From: Eledone cirrhosa
Lineage: Eukaryota
Length of the DNA stretch: 64,000 nt
Assembly (NCBI GenBank): GCA_964016885.1
Contig: OZ024740.1
Location: forward strand, 269,638,001 to 269,702,000
Reading direction: 5' to 3'
Shown: positions 12,050-24,112 of the stretch, piece after piece
Numbering within the stretch: the first letter of the stretch is position 1
Layout of the letters: every line of letters starts with the position of its first letter
Translations under genes and position numbers: made by a program
The notes under the pieces: generated by a model
Seen by the model: the letters and a program-made list of their open reading frames with translations, nothing else
What the model was told of the DNA's origin: nothing
The model's database searches: none

Positions 12050-12450
12050 TAAATAATGATATATTTTGACTTGGGATAATGCGGGATTTTGTATGACAAA
12101 CGCTGTAGTCAGATAATTCAACTATGATCTATTGCTAGAAATGTTCGGAGCGATGGGAGTTTGACCCTGAAAATTTGGAAATATGACGATCTCAAACGGA
12201 GAAACTAACTGTAATAACAGCCAATCCCTATAAATAATAGTTGAGAATATTTGATAAATTTCCCCTAGTGACGGAAAAATAGTTACAGAGGTCGCTACAA
12301 AGAATGGAATCCCGTATCACACGAATATCGTGCGACTAAGTTATCTTCACGCTAAGGAGTGTCTGACTCCACTTCTCTATGTCGCTAAGCATGTTGTCTG
12401 GCGCACTACAAGATATAAAGAAAACTATGAGTAATAGGCATCTCTGGTGA
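12050..12450 (+). pseudogene. Heavily decayed LINE reverse transcriptase remnant (L1/Tx1-like)
   Basis: NYDLLLEMFGAMGV and KECLTPLLYVA resemble the H..L...L...G and QGCPLSPLL motifs in the expected order. Confidence 0.4.
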
Positions 12451-13004
12451 CTCTGAAATTGAAGCTTATCAGTGAAACAGTCTCTTGTGCCAATGCTTTA
12501 GGACCACAATGCCAAATTTCAACTACTTCTTAAATCAGAAACATTATCTTGTCACGATTCTTAACCAAAATATTAATCTGGCCTTTTATGAGCTCAAACT
12601 AAGCTCGAATTAAAGGAACTCAATTTTCCAAAACAAAACTAAAAAACAACAATACAATTTTTTTAAGAATTAATCAGGAAGCTTGAAATAACATGGGAAG
12701 CTTACAAATGAACAAAAATATTGACACAAATAGTTCACAATCGTTTAGAATCTCATTGAGAATATTCTGCAGGGTATAACGTACCTTACCATTATAATTA
12801 GAATTGTAATTATTGTTAAGAAAGTGAAAAAATACATGATTTAAAATATAAAGGTCATTAATTATTATGCTATTAGTAACATAAAAACTATGCGTTGTGT
12901 GTATATATATATATATGTATAGCGGTAGTTTATCTAACCGGAAATAGTGCTTAAAAGCTTTTTACGGTGAATGAATAACTGATCAAAACACCAGAAAAAT
13001 TAAC

Positions 13005-13136
13005 ATTTATAGTGTAACAAAAACGCACACAAACGCGTGCACACACACACACACACACGCACACGCACACACACACACATACATACATATATATATAAAC
13101 AATTATACACACACACACACACACACACATACATAC

Positions 13137-13185
<49 letters not shown>

Positions 13186-13220
13186 CGCGCGTTTGTGTGC
13201 GTTTTTGTTACACTATAAAT
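13005..13220. repeat. Fold-back duplication around (CA)n/(TA)n/(TG)n
   Basis: atttatagtgtaacaaaaacgcacacaaacgcg and its reverse complement ending at 13220. Confidence 0.9.
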
Positions 13221-13225
13221 ATATA

Positions 13226-13292
<67 letters not shown>

Positions 13293-13690
13293 GTGTATAA
13301 GTGTGTTTGTATATGTGTGAATGCCTGCATGTATGTGCAAGTAACTATACATACATAAGCACATGGACTAACTTTTGGATGATGATTATGAGGAAGAAGA
13401 GAGGGAGAATAGAAACATTTATTTTCTCTTCCTGCTTACCTGTTCACATATATGCGTATATGAGTGTACATATGTGCATTTATATATTCATACAAATTAG
13501 AAATAAATTATAAAAAATATGGCTCATTATAAATAAGTATTTTTTTTATTAATCAAGAATGCATATGTGTGTTTGTAAACTTTAAGATTGTTTTTATTTT
13601 AATGAAAAGCACTTCCTTTTTATATTTCCAAAGTAGCTGATATAAGTGAAGTATTGTAATGAAAACTATTTCCCTTATATATATATATAT

Positions 13691-14246
13691 CCTCAGTGTA
13701 TACTGATTAATGTTCAGAGCCATCCTCAGCATTCTCGTGTAGCACCCATCCACCATCTGAGTGAGTCTCTTGGTCAGTGTCCAAGTCTCAGACACATACA
13801 GCAGCACAGACTCTACTGCAGCAATGAAGAGGCGGATTTTTAGGTCTCTACGAAGGTCCGACTTCCACACCGATCTCAACCTGTGACACGCCGCCCAGGC
13901 CTTGCTCTTCCTCTCAACCACATCATCTTCCGTATTCCCAATCTTTGCTCCCAAATACAGGAGCTGTATGGGAGCATCCCAAAAGTCAGCTCAAAAGTGA
14001 CACGGAGGAGACTGAGGTTGGCTGGACATGCTCACCGACATCCAGAGTTGACATTGCACTCAGTGCTCCTTTGGGAGACCATACATGGACACACTAGAAG
14101 AGGAAGACCAAGGTTAACATATGTTGATGCCCTAAGGACAGACACTGGTCTGTTGGAGATGCAGGTTATGGCAGCGATAATGAGGGACAGAGACCGCTGG
14201 AGAGAACTCGTCCATGGATCTCGGGAATTTTACCCGCCTTAGATAG
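13691..14246 (+). mobile_element. RTE-group LINE 3' fragment with inverted 5' segment
   Basis: Minus 13958-13691: YLGAKIG...VESVLLYVSETWTL...YTRMLRMALNINQYTLR; plus 13958-14242: QELYGSIP...RRRLRLAGH...RRGRPRLTY...DRDRWRE; TA tracts on both sides. Confidence 0.88.
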
Positions 14247-14269
14247 ATATATATATATATATATATACA

Positions 14270-14420
14270 TACAGTAGTCCCCCGATATACACGGGAGTCT
14301 GCGAAGAGTGAAAAACCACGAATATTGGACGTGGTCCATAAACATGCATATAAACGTAAAAATATAACGTAAAATATAATTAAAAAAAAGAGGGAGCGTC
14401 TTATGTAAAGGGGCGTCCAA
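14270..14420 (+). mobile_element. Tc1/mariner/pogo-type MITE end fragment
   Basis: TA followed by CAGTAGTCCCCCG.TAT.CACGG, a typical terminal inverted repeat start; matching right end not found. Confidence 0.45.
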
Positions 14421-14426
14421 TACGCC

Positions 14427-14620
14427 GGCGTGGATTGGCAGTATCGGTAGAGGGTCGGACGCCATGCTTTGCAGCACAGTTACGTCCCTTTTACATACTG
14501 AGTTCAAATCCCCACGAGGTTAACTTTGCCTTTCATCCTTACGGGGTCGATAAAATAAAGTACCAGTAATGTACTGGTTGATTGCTGGCCTTGTGCCAAA
14601 AAGTAGAAACAGTTATTAAT
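14427..14620 (+). mobile_element. tRNA-derived SINE
   Basis: Same family. Confidence 0.92.
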
Positions 14621-14739
14621 AATTTAGTGATAAAAAATATATATTGCCACGAAAAATTCATAAAAAAATTGTGGAAGGTATTTACAATTCCGCGAATATG
14701 CGGTCGTTTCCATGAACAATAATTAGTTCGCCTTAAGGT

Positions 14740-14829
<90 letters not shown>

Positions 14830-14830
14830 T

Positions 14831-16839
14831 ATTAAGGATATGAAGACGGGTAAGGCGGCTGGGCCTTCGGAAATAGTTGCTGAGATGCTGAAGGCATCTG
14901 GCACGGTGGGACACACCATGGTCACCCGCATAGTTAACCAAGTCGTACAGAATGGGGTTGTTCCGAAGGACTGGCATAGCAGCATCATCGTTAACTGTTA
15001 TAAGGGTAAAGGAGACGCCCTAGATAGGAGTAACTATAGAGGCATTAAATTAATCGACCAGGTCATGAAGGTCACGGAAAAAGTAATAGCGCAACTAATC
15101 AGAGAGAGAATTGACCTAGATGAAATGCAGTTCGGGTTTGTGTCAGGCAAAAGTACCACAGACGCTCTTTTCATAGTACGACAACGACAGAAGTACCTAG
15201 CTAAAGGTAAACCCCTCTACTTAGCTTTTGTCGACTTGGAGAAAGCCTTCGACAGAGTCCCCCGCTCCATTATCTGGTGGGCTCTTAGAAAACTAGGCGT
15301 TGACGAATGGCTTGTGAGGGCTATACAAGCCATGTATAAAGAAACAGTCAGCAAGGTTAGAATTAACAACGAATATAGTGAAGAGTTTAGCGTAAAAGTT
15401 GGCGTCCATCAGGGCTCTGTTCTCAGCCCACTACTATTTATTATTGCCCTTCAGGCTATAACAGAGGAGTTCAAGACAGGCTGCCCATGGGAACTCCTAT
15501 ACGCAGACGACCTGACACTCATAGCGGAATCAATGGCCGAGCTAGAGAAGAAATTCCAAACATGGAAGCACGGCCTAGAGTCAAAAGGACTTAAAATTAA
15601 CCTGGCTAAGACCAAAGTACTAGTTTGTAGGAAAGAAAACAAGGCGGCGGTCCCTTCTGGGAAATGGTCGTGCTCGGTGTGTAGGAAAGGCGTAGGTAGA
15701 AACTCCATTTTATGTCCTAAATGCAAAGTATGGGTGCATAAAAGATGTAGTGGGATCACAGGTAAGCTAACTAAGAACATAGATTTTACATGTGGCCGGT
15801 GCTCTGGTGCAATAAGTAGCAGCAAGTGCCCACAAATACTAGCTCTTTCAATTGCGCAGAGGGTTCTATAGAAATAGTGGACAGCTTCCGTTACCTGGGC
15901 GATAAAATCAGCAGTGGGGGAGGGTGCTCTGAAAGTACTGTAGCTAGAGTCAGAACTGGTTGGAAAAAGTTCAGAGAGCTTATACCACTATTAGCTGCTA
16001 AAGGGTTCTCCCTAAAAATGAAAGGCAGGTTGTACGATGCCTGCATACGAACAGCAATGCTGCATGGCAGTGAGACCTGGGCATTGTGTGCAGAGGATAT
16101 ACGCAGACTAGAGAGGAACGAAGCTTGCATGCTCCGCTGGATGTGTAACAGTAATATACGTGAACGGCAAAGCATAAACGAACTAAGGAAAAAATTAGAG
16201 ATAAGAGGGATCAGATGTTGTTTACTCGAGAGAAGGCTACGTTGGTATGGACACGTGATGCGCATGAAAGTCGATAGCTGTATAACAAAGTGCAGGGCAA
16301 TAAAGATAGACGGTAGTCACGGAATAGGCAGACCTAGAAAACCCTGGGACGAGCTGATAAACTCCGACATCACACACTTACACCTCTCCAAGACAATGTC
16401 ACTGGACCGAGACCTTTGGCGGTACTCAGTAACAGAGAAGACCCGCCTTACCTAAATATATAGTAAAACCTACTCCAGCCAGTAGGCATCTCTAACAAAA
16501 TACACCCCGTCCAACCCCATCCACACCACCCCGTTCTATGTAAAGTTATGTTGGTGCCGCGCCATCGAGGCCGAAACAAATGAGATCGTGTAGGTGTCAC
16601 GACAAAAAAACACACAGTCCACGCTGTAATGTGGCCGTGTAGGCAACACGGTAAAAACCTCCCAGCCCCACACTGTAAATGTGGTTGGTGTTAGGAAGGG
16701 CATCCAGCTGTAGAAAACCCGCCAGACAGTCCTATGCGAGCAAGACAATCACTCTTGCCTCAAGTGGGACTACCCCCGTCCAAACCCATGCAAGCGTGGA
16801 ACACGGACGTTAAACGTTGATGATGATGATGATGATGAT
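14831..16839 (+). mobile_element. RTE-clade LINE, 5'-truncated, with (GAT)n tail
   Basis: RT motifs NYRGIKL, QFGF, FVDLEKAFDRV, GVHQGSVLSPLLF, LLYADD, FRYLG, GSETW, RRLRWYGHV, GRP; 3' UTR gttaggaagggcatccagc; starts at (TA)n. Confidence 0.95.
14840..16455 (+). pseudogene. RTE reverse transcriptase ORF (one frameshift near 15826-15840) with internal PHD-type finger
   Basis: ORFs 14840-15871 and 15826-16455 join into one RT plus C-terminus; endonuclease domain absent. Confidence 0.93.
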
Positions 16840-17044
16840 TGTTGTACTTGGGGAGGGTCATATTTGTGTAATATTGCCAGAATTAATAACAGAACACACC
16901 CACTGTTTGGTTGGTTTTCGCTTCTCGCTTCTGTGTCTTTTATATCGGTAATCTAACTTACTCGGTCCTCAATGTTGCCATTGACTGACCGACGGTCAAA
17001 AATAATACAGATACAATATAGACACAAACACATATATATAGTTT

Positions 17045-17086
17045 ATCATAAATCTTTCGTTGCACATCTGCAACATCGTCAGTGGT
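17045..17086 (-). ncRNA. Minimal type I hammerhead (slightly degenerate)
   Basis: acca CTGACGA t gttgca gatg tgcaac GAAA g at t TA tgat; one stem I mismatch. Confidence 0.65.
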
Positions 17087-17325
17087 GTTATATTTTCCTC
17101 CTGTTGTGTTGTATGTCTACGCCATTTTTATTCAGTCTGTCTATATATTTATTTGTTTATTTGCTTGTTTGTTTATTTTATTTTGTCTTCTTTGCGCATG
17201 CGTTTGCGTGTGTGTATAGTGTTATGTTTGCTGTGTGATGGGTGACTAGTGTGTGTTTATGTGCTTGTTGTTATTGTGCTTGTGTATGTATTTATTTATT
17301 TATTTATCTTATTTTATTTACTTAT

Positions 17326-17742
17326 TTATACTTCTCTTAGGTCAGTGTTGTTTGTTTGGGTGTTGTTGTTATTCCATTCATTCTTTCTGTTTAGCTTTGG
17401 TCTTCTAATTTCTATTTCACTGGCCTCTCTGATTTGCCTATGTGCTGGGTCATTTCTATGTTTAGATATTATTCTAATTTCTATGTTGTCTATGTTACCG
17501 TCATGTTGTCTAGCATGTTCGTATAGTACTGACCCGTTTTTTCGTCCTTTTAGTTCCCCCCAGTGTTGGTCTATCCTTTCACCTATGCTACGAGCTGTCT
17601 CACCTATGTATGTTGTTGTCATGTTTCTGCAAGTACCCTCTGTACATCTTATGCTATAGACTACGTTTCTAGTTTTACAGTTTATCCGGGGGTTCACCTT
17701 ACATATGATACATTTCCTATTGGTACAGTGGGTTTTCTTAAA
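17326..17742 (-). pseudogene. PLE GIY-YIG endonuclease domain with Cys-rich linker
   Basis: HCTNRKCIIC...CKTRNVVYSIRCTEGTC...YIGETARSIGERIDQH...LYEHARQH...RQIREA...PKLNRKNEW. Confidence 0.92.
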
Positions 17743-17758
17743 AGGAGGAAAATATAAC

Positions 17759-17800
17759 ACCACTGACGATGTTGCAGATGTGCAACGAAAGATTTATGAT
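17759..17800 (+). ncRNA. Minimal type I hammerhead (inverted copy)
   Basis: Reverse complement of 17045-17086. Confidence 0.65.
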
Positions 17801-18170
17801 AAACTATATATATGTGTTTGTGTCTATATTGTATCTGTATTATTTTTGACCGTCGTTCAGTCAATGGCAACATTGAGGACCGAGTAAATTAGATTACCGA
17901 TATAAAAGACACAGAAGCGAGAAGCGAAAACCAACCACACAGTGAGTGTGTTCTGTTATTAATTCTGGCAATATTACACAAATATGACTCTCCCCAAGTA
18001 TAACAATATTTGTTTCGACACACGATTTCATATAAAAAACCTCGCAAAACTAATTCATCGCCGCTATATATATATATATTTACATGTATACACATAATGA
18101 ATAGATTAAAACATTAGGTGTATCTTTACAAATCATGTATTATTGTGAAAAGCATATGAATATATAAATA

Positions 18171-18318
<148 letters not shown>

Positions 18319-18859
18319 AGGAGAGATGTAGGTGAGTAGTTGCGACAAGTAACAAAAGGGCGAATCAGAAAATTATTGACTGAAAGCTTAGAAAAAGAAT
18401 AAAACATACATCCGCGAAAAATCGATGACAGTAATCAATCAATGACACTGTAATTAACTCACTCAAACGTCTATTTTCACCTACTTTTCATTTTGGTGTA
18501 TAATGAAATATCATTAGATATTAAAAGTATGTTAAAAGTATTTTCTTAGCTTGCATATTGAGTCGTGTAGATAATGCCTTGAACTACCATTCAGAGTAAA
18601 TATTTCAATCATTTTTACCAGAACTTTTACCCGAGATGTAAGGGATATGTTTTTCTTCTTCTTAGACCTGTAAATCTTGAGGGAGTCATAGGAGCGCCGC
18701 ACTGGCATACAACGTTTCCAGAGCATTGTATTATACCTGGAGGAGCTAATCTCCTCTCCAGGTCTGAATGTAGCAGATTTCTTGCAGAGAAAGGTAGAGA
18801 GTGAGAGAATGGAAGTGAGAAAGGTATATAGAAGAAGAATCGACCTTAGTACTAGACTG

Positions 18860-18963
18860 ATACTTTTCTTATTTTGGCCTTGAATAGATGAAAGATAATG
18901 TTGACTGAGGCCGGATTTCAACTCAGAGGGTGGATAGCCGAAACGACTCTGCCAATTCACCGC
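18860..18963 (-). mobile_element. Diverged, internally deleted SINE
   Basis: ggatttcaactcaga...ctgccaattcaccgcc matches the SINE head. Confidence 0.6.
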
Positions 18964-19360
18964 CTATAGGAATAGGTAAAATCCTCTAATTAGCATCATT
19001 AACGAGTTCTCAGTTCCCGTTGGTACTCAACCTCAGATAATATCTGATCGATGAGATCTATGGTAACTGGCACTATAGCTTTTTAATTTCTGACATGCAG
19101 CTGTTTCTTGCTAACTACAGTTTTCATGGGCACATTGTGAATTACTGCGAAATATATTTATTGTAATCCTGTTTCTGATCTACAGATAATACAATTGATT
19201 TCTGAATTGTAATCACCCGCAACTACAGCAAAGCGATGAACTAAGTCGAATACTTGTTCCTGTTTTCACTCCCCCACATAGGTTTCTTGCCCGTCACCAA
19301 TGTGAATGGACACGTGACACATCTATTCACAAATTGACCATTCTCTTTTGTAATTATACA

Positions 19361-19543
19361 TATTTGTTTCTACTTTAGGCACAATGCCAGCAATTAACCA
19401 GTGCATTACTAGTACTTTATTTTATCAACCCCGTAAGGATGAAAGGCAAAGTCAACCTCGGCGGGATTTGAACTCAGATCGTAAAGGGGCGTGCTGGAAA
19501 GCATGGCGTCCGACCCTCTACCGATACTGCCAATTCACCGCCC
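19361..19543 (-). mobile_element. tRNA-derived SINE
   Basis: Same family; flanking duplication tgtaattata. Confidence 0.92.
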
Positions 19544-22519
19544 TGTAATTATAATTATACATATTGCACTCCCATAACACTTAAATATATCTACAAAAAG
19601 GTAATAAAAAAGAAACCTTATTTTTTAAAATACTTAACGGGAAATAATTTAAACGGTTTTATCGTGGCGTAAATAAAGCTAACATGGCACAGCTCTAAGT
19701 GATACAAAACTAGGTGATAAAGTGAATGAGTACCGTTTTCGGTGTGCAGCAATCGAACCCCAATAATGGTTGATATATAGGGTCTATTAATACGCAAACT
19801 GGAAAGATTTAATCAGAAGCCAATTAAAATTGACACCAATAATATTATAATCATTGGGTTTGTTTTTTTTCGATTGAATAAAAACAAATATTGTGGGGTA
19901 ACTGTTATATTTTATGCGAGCAAAGAATGATTGACAATTTGAAAGAACTCGAACAAAAAAAAAAAAAAACGAGTTTGGATGAAAATGCTGCAAATAAATA
20001 TCTTATAGAAATTAATAAAAAAAAAAATTATGACGATCATTAAATCTTGAAACTGACCTTTTCTAAAAAACAACATACCATCAAGACCGTTCTTACGAAA
20101 AGCATCGTAGCCTGGTTACGAATCAAATTCCAATCTTATTTATGAACCTAATTATTTTAAAAGGATACAACTAGTAATATTCTCTAATCATTTGGTGATC
20201 AAATAAAAAGCAAGGTTCATTAAAGTTTTGTTTAGGATTTATTTACGCCATATTTCTGTTCAGAATTTGAAAGATATTGCGTAATCAATAATGCTTCTTG
20301 CTCATTTCTGTAGTAACACTGAGGCTGTATTTTTACTACAATTGCGAGAGCCCTTGGACCAGGGAATAACAGTTATACCAAAACCTAATATATTTGAGGA
20401 AAACTTTCACATGCAATTAAAGTTACAAACAGAGAAGATTACAAAATATTTGAAAAGAGGTTTTGGAAAGCATTGAACCCTAAACAAGGAATTGAAACAT
20501 TCACAACACATGGGAAAAGTGAGAGCCTGCTGTATAAAAGCAGTCTGGCAGTATTTTATCTAGAAGCGCTAATTATTTTAGTGTCTTCAGAAATCCAGTA
20601 ACCAAAGGTATTAATAAGATTGCTACAATTGGAAGACCCCTTGTCTTTGAAGTCATTGATTTAGGAAATATTTGTAAAAAGATCGTTTCGCATTTAAGAG
20701 ACTTGAGTGATTATGATCTTATAGAAATCGATTATCTAAGGAAGGCATGTGAGGAAAAGGAAATTATTTCATGAATTGTTAGGGCATATTGAGTTAAACA
20801 AACGCTGATTTGTCGACAGAAGTTTGCTCATTTCCGAAGTTTAGATATTTAAATTGTTGGTTAACACGAAATGAGATGACAATAATCTTTTCTCAGTAAT
20901 TTCAAATATTCTTTCTCCCCAGGATTAGTTATAATTATTTCCATTCTTTATTAGCTTGATAAATGGGGTTTGATATACGCAGGATCATCAGAGTATAAAG
21001 CACGTTATCTAGTTGGTCATCTGTGCTTTTAAGACGATAAGGTTTGATTTGACGGCCGTTTGAGAGCTGGCTCTTGCACTTGACGTGGCCACATAGAGGT
21101 TCACTTGCTGAACTTATATTCCTTTGTGACAATTAATTATAACACAAGCGCTGACATAATGTATTTATGAAAATAATTTACAGAGCTACCACTGCCATAT
21201 CCATTGGTATGGCAAAATAACTTTCATTGGGAAATTCATGACCCAGCAAAATGGCCTTGTACAAATCAAGTAACTATTGACATAAGACTGAACTTGTTCC
21301 GAATCGGTCTAGAAAGGAATGTTTACCGATCAATATAACGTAGATTGGATGCTCACCATTTTACGAAACACTCAACAGTATTTTTAGCCACTTGATCTAT
21401 CAAAATATGATAGATTGTAACCTTTTAAATCTCTGTTAATTTTATATACCTATTAACCTAACAACAAAATGTCCGTTAGATTTCTATTATATCCTAAATT
21501 CATTTGGTGCTGACACTTTGGAAGCAATAAGAGTTTCTATCAAAGAAATTATGTAAGCTAGACCGGTTAACTCTTGTGTTTAATCAAGTATTTTAATACA
21601 AAATGCAAGAAATGTTACAAGAAATGCTTGTACATCGACATTTTAGTCTCGCAATCAAGTTTTATATCGTCGTTTGTTGATATTTAAGAACACTTCAGAT
21701 AGAACTTTCGAGTTGTATTTGATTTTTGCTTTGATTAACCAGACTGAAACGAAATTTACCTCAGTTTCGTGTATCTGACTTTACTGTCTATATATTTTCT
21801 TTCGGTTTGTGTCAACTTTCCATTATGTATATATAACTCATCAATCAATTCTAGGCGTAATGTTTATTCTGCATGTATTTGCATTGTTTCGCAAATGTAC
21901 GAAATGTCATATTACTTGAGGCTGCTTACGTTTTGACAAATACACAGATGCATAAAGAGATAAATGAATTAAAATAATTAGGTGGTATCAAAGACTATTG
22001 CTTTGTTTCTTGTGAAATACAAACTTCGCATTCAATCACCAATGAAGTATTATATTCATATTCATAGCTCAGGTAGTTATTTTACGTTGGATTAGTTAAC
22101 AAGGTTTGAGAGTGCAAGGTGGGAGAATGCGGAGAAAATTGATTATAGTGATGACGTTTTAGTTTAACTGCAAACTTAATTCAAATACAAACTAATAGCC
22201 TAACTTTGAGAGAAATGGTATCAAGCAGATTAACTTAATTTAGATACACTGTGTTAATTAGAATCTCAGCGTTGTCAAAATATCTTCATAGCATTCACAG
22301 TAGCTGTGAATAGAAACTGCAAAGTTATCAAATGTAAATATCACCTTAAGAACAATTCAGGTTTCGTTGTGCATCTTTAGCAAATATATAAATGAATGAA
22401 AAATATAACAAAACATCGGAAACGGCAGCACAATATATCTTTAACAATATCTCGATCGGCAAGATCCCAGACTTCATTCGCTTACCGAATGGGGTGAACT
22501 CCTTAATTCGAACCAAATA

Positions 22520-22690
22520 AACAATTTTTCCATTGGTCGTTTCATTGCTAATACTATCTACCGATCGCAATCGCTGGCAGAAGGAACAACCCAAAATAAA
22601 GTGTCTTGCTCATTGATATAACGCATCGTCCGGTCCAAGAGAGAAACTCATATCCTCAGGATAGAAAATCCAATTCTCTAGCCATCCCCT
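22520..22690 (-). mobile_element. Diverged tRNA/CORE-type SINE
   Basis: Aligns with 49850-50027 (ttgctaatactatcta...gtcttgc.ca..ga.ataacgcatcg.ccggtcca). Confidence 0.65.
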
Positions 22691-22955
22691 CAAAAAAAAA
22701 ACGCACCTTCACTTTAAACTATATACTTTAAGGAAATATAATGAATTTCGAGGCGAAATTTTCCTCCATTTCTTCTTTTGTTAATCCTTGGCAACAATTT
22801 ATTTTTTTTAAAAAGTAATTGTTCTATAATAGTTATGCTGTTCGATTCTCTGAACACTGTCAGCTTGGACATACCTAAACGTAAATAAATCTATTATATA
22901 ATCCACCTGATGAATAGAAATTCTCATGACACACATATATATATAATATATATAA

Positions 22956-23008
<53 letters not shown>

Positions 23009-23164
23009 TATCATGAGAATTTATGTGTATATATATATATTTAGTATGTTTTGGTTGTTTACCGACACCTCAGTATGCAGATTGGAGCACTCGACGAAGT
23101 ACGCAGGTTGGTTTGATTACTCCGGAGTAATGTAAAATAATATGATATGATTCCAGTTCCTCAG

Positions 23165-23376
23165 AGGAATAAAAATACAACCAGGAGCTGGACATATCGA
23201 TGTATTGATGGAGTAAAACTCACTTCAACAACATGTGTACCTGTCTTTCCCACACTAATTCGGACTGCCTGAAGAGGTCACAGTTAATGGTGGCTGTCAC
23301 CGAAATATATATAGCAGTATATCTATAATTTATAATAAACGAAGCCAAATTTTACATATTTGACTTAATTATTTTA
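23165..23376 (+). mobile_element. PLE 3' end with hammerhead, ending at (TA)n
   Basis: Homologous to 31800-32005. Confidence 0.75.
23264..23318 (+). ncRNA. Type I hammerhead ribozyme
   Basis: actgc CTGAAGA ggt cacagttaatggtggctgtc acc GAAA tatata TA gcagt; 5-bp stem I, palindromic stem III. Confidence 0.8.
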
Positions 23377-23414
23377 TATATATATATATATATATATGCA
23401 TATATATATATATA

Positions 23415-23465
<51 letters not shown>

Positions 23466-23541
23466 CGAAGGAAATGTGGTAAGGAACCAGGTGGACCATA
23501 ACGCACCAAAGTACTCAATACTTGGGGTAGTAGAGTGGGTA

Positions 23542-23647
23542 ATAGGAACCAGTAAGACCCCGACGGCTGAGCTCAAGCCGTTTCGACGGCTAATTCTGAA
23601 TTAGCCGTCGAAACGGCTTGAGCTCAGCCGTCGGGGTCTTACTGGTT

Positions 23648-23652
<5 letters not shown>
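23542..23652. repeat. Perfect palindrome (55-bp arms, 1-nt spacer) made from the 3' half of an HHR-bearing PLE end
   Basis: Arm sequence matches 52424-52477 and 44862-44905. Confidence 0.95.
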
Positions 23653-23715
<63 letters not shown>

Positions 23716-23930
23716 GTTCCACAACAGTTAGTTCACCATACCGAGAATAAATGTTTCAATTTATGCGGATACTCAGCTCGGACCATGTGTGTGCTTGTGT
23801 GTGTGTGTGTGTGTGTACGTACCTACGAGAGGGTACACAAGGAGTTACTGAATCCTATGAGTACATTTGTTTTGTGACTCCCATTCTGTTTAGTCTCGCG
23901 GTAACTGTTACAGTGATAATTTTATTTAGT

Positions 23931-24112
23931 AATAATTGTTTCTACGTTAGGCACAAGGCCAGCAAATACCCAGTACATTACTGGTACTTTATTTTATCGA
24001 CCCCGTAAGGATGAAAGGCAAAGTTAACCTCGGCGGGATTTGAACTCAGACTGGCAAGGGCCGTAACTCTTTGCGTCAAGGCATGGCGTCCGACCCTCTA
24101 CCGATACTGCCA
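23931..24112 (-). mobile_element. tRNA-derived SINE
   Basis: Same family. Confidence 0.92.

Larger units (their letters stand above)
16839..18006 (-). mobile_element. 5'-truncated Penelope-like element (Nematis/Neptune-type GIY-YIG) with 264-bp inverted terminal copy
   Basis: Arms 16839-17102 and 17743-18006; GIY-YIG ORF between them; HHR in each arm. Confidence 0.9.

Noticed and set aside
20280-21700. Possible decayed transposase or host exon
   Set aside because: Only short open stretches with no motif I could identify confidently.
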